A stretch of 64,000 bases of DNA, taken from the NCBI GenBank assembly GCA_035409945.1, contig DAONQC010000006.1:12570-76569 (forward strand), written 5' to 3'. The position numbers were made by a program, and so were the translations under genes. This DNA is from Clostridia bacterium (GTDB taxonomy: Bacteria > Bacillota > Clostridia > Christensenellales > DTU072). Of this stretch, positions 63,559-64,000 are shown piece after piece; positions within the stretch are counted from its first letter, which is position 1, and every line of letters begins with the position of its first letter. Below the pieces are notes generated by a model. The model was not told where the DNA came from. It saw only the letters and a list, made by a program, of their open reading frames with translations, and ran no database searches.

Positions 63559-63903
63559 TTATTGAAGTGGCTCGTCAAAGAAGTCTAAAGGCATGTCTTT
63601 TATCGAGGTTGCTACCACTAGATTCAAAATGATGGAGATTACACAATATAAGCATATTGCTAAAATAGGTATGTCTATTTTTCTTAAGAATGTCCTGAAT
63701 TTGCCAACTGGTTTTACTTTAGTTTGAGTTTCATTAACTTGCGTTTCGGCATCCATAACCTCCGCTTGCGCTTCGGTAGTGGCAACCAAATCCTTATCTT
63801 CTACTTGACTAGTCGATTCGGTTTGTGAAGCGTCCTGAGCGATTGGGCCATATTGATTTTCAGCATATATATCTTCTAGTTGATATTTGGCAGTAGTGCA
63901 CAA
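63559..63903 (-). CDS. Hypothetical acidic protein with C-terminal TM anchor (the 5' end may extend beyond the listed Met)
   Basis: ORF with the TM segment IPILAICLYCVISIILNLVVA. No motif recognised. Confidence 0.4.
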   Translation of the reverse strand: MCTTAKYQLEDIYAENQYGPIAQDASQTESTSQVEDKDLVATTEAQAEVMDAETQVNETQTKVKPVGKFRTFLRKIDIPILAICLYCVISIILNLVVATSIKDMPLDFFDEPLQ

Positions 63904-64000
63904 ATTGCTATTTTCTGTCTGGCTGGTTAGTTCAGGTTGTAAGGTTTCTTTAGCTTCTGCCTCCAGTTTCTTGGCTTCAATTTCTCTAAATTTTTTGAAT

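Overview
AT-rich (by eye about one third G+C), Firmicutes-like chromosomal window. It looks origin-proximal: rsmG-parB lie on the minus strand at 1.6-3.5 kb and gyrB-gyrA on the plus strand at 17.2-21.8 kb. No dnaA/dnaN and no convincing DnaA-box cluster are present. I support about 57 protein genes, 4 tRNAs (fMet, Met/CAU, Glu, Val; all with encoded CCA), one small gene fragment, and several promoters, operators and terminators. I found no rRNA, CRISPR, transposase or integrase. Housekeeping blocks are nfnAB-like oxidoreductase, gyrBA, bioY, a complete pstS-pstCA-pstB-phoU-RR-HK phosphate block with a Pho box, cysE-cysS, ychF, a sigH-like sigma factor, rlmB and mrnC. Accessory content is three AAA+/DUF4143 ATPases plus a fragment, an HTH-Fic protein, a HipA-like kinase, a BspA-type LRR protein, an orphan AbiEi, and an AbiEi/AbiEii pair whose toxin carries a C-terminal histidine-phosphatase-like domain (RHG changed to RQG). 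Three things stand out. (1) A 10.5-kb minus-strand operon (23.8-34.5 kb) combines a dedicated ECF importer with four exported proteins built from one repeated module, an NPP-type phosphodiesterase fusion, a MobB-like P-loop/Cys-cluster protein and a structured leader RNA. I cannot assign it to any described ECF system. (2) A window-wide pattern of 'echoes': degenerate tandem copies of a gene's 3' end (once a 5' end) sit immediately outside at least 12 genes, including housekeeping genes. (3) A conserved two-tier hairpin 5' leader is found in front of four unrelated genes. All functional calls rest on motif recognition by eye. No database search was run.
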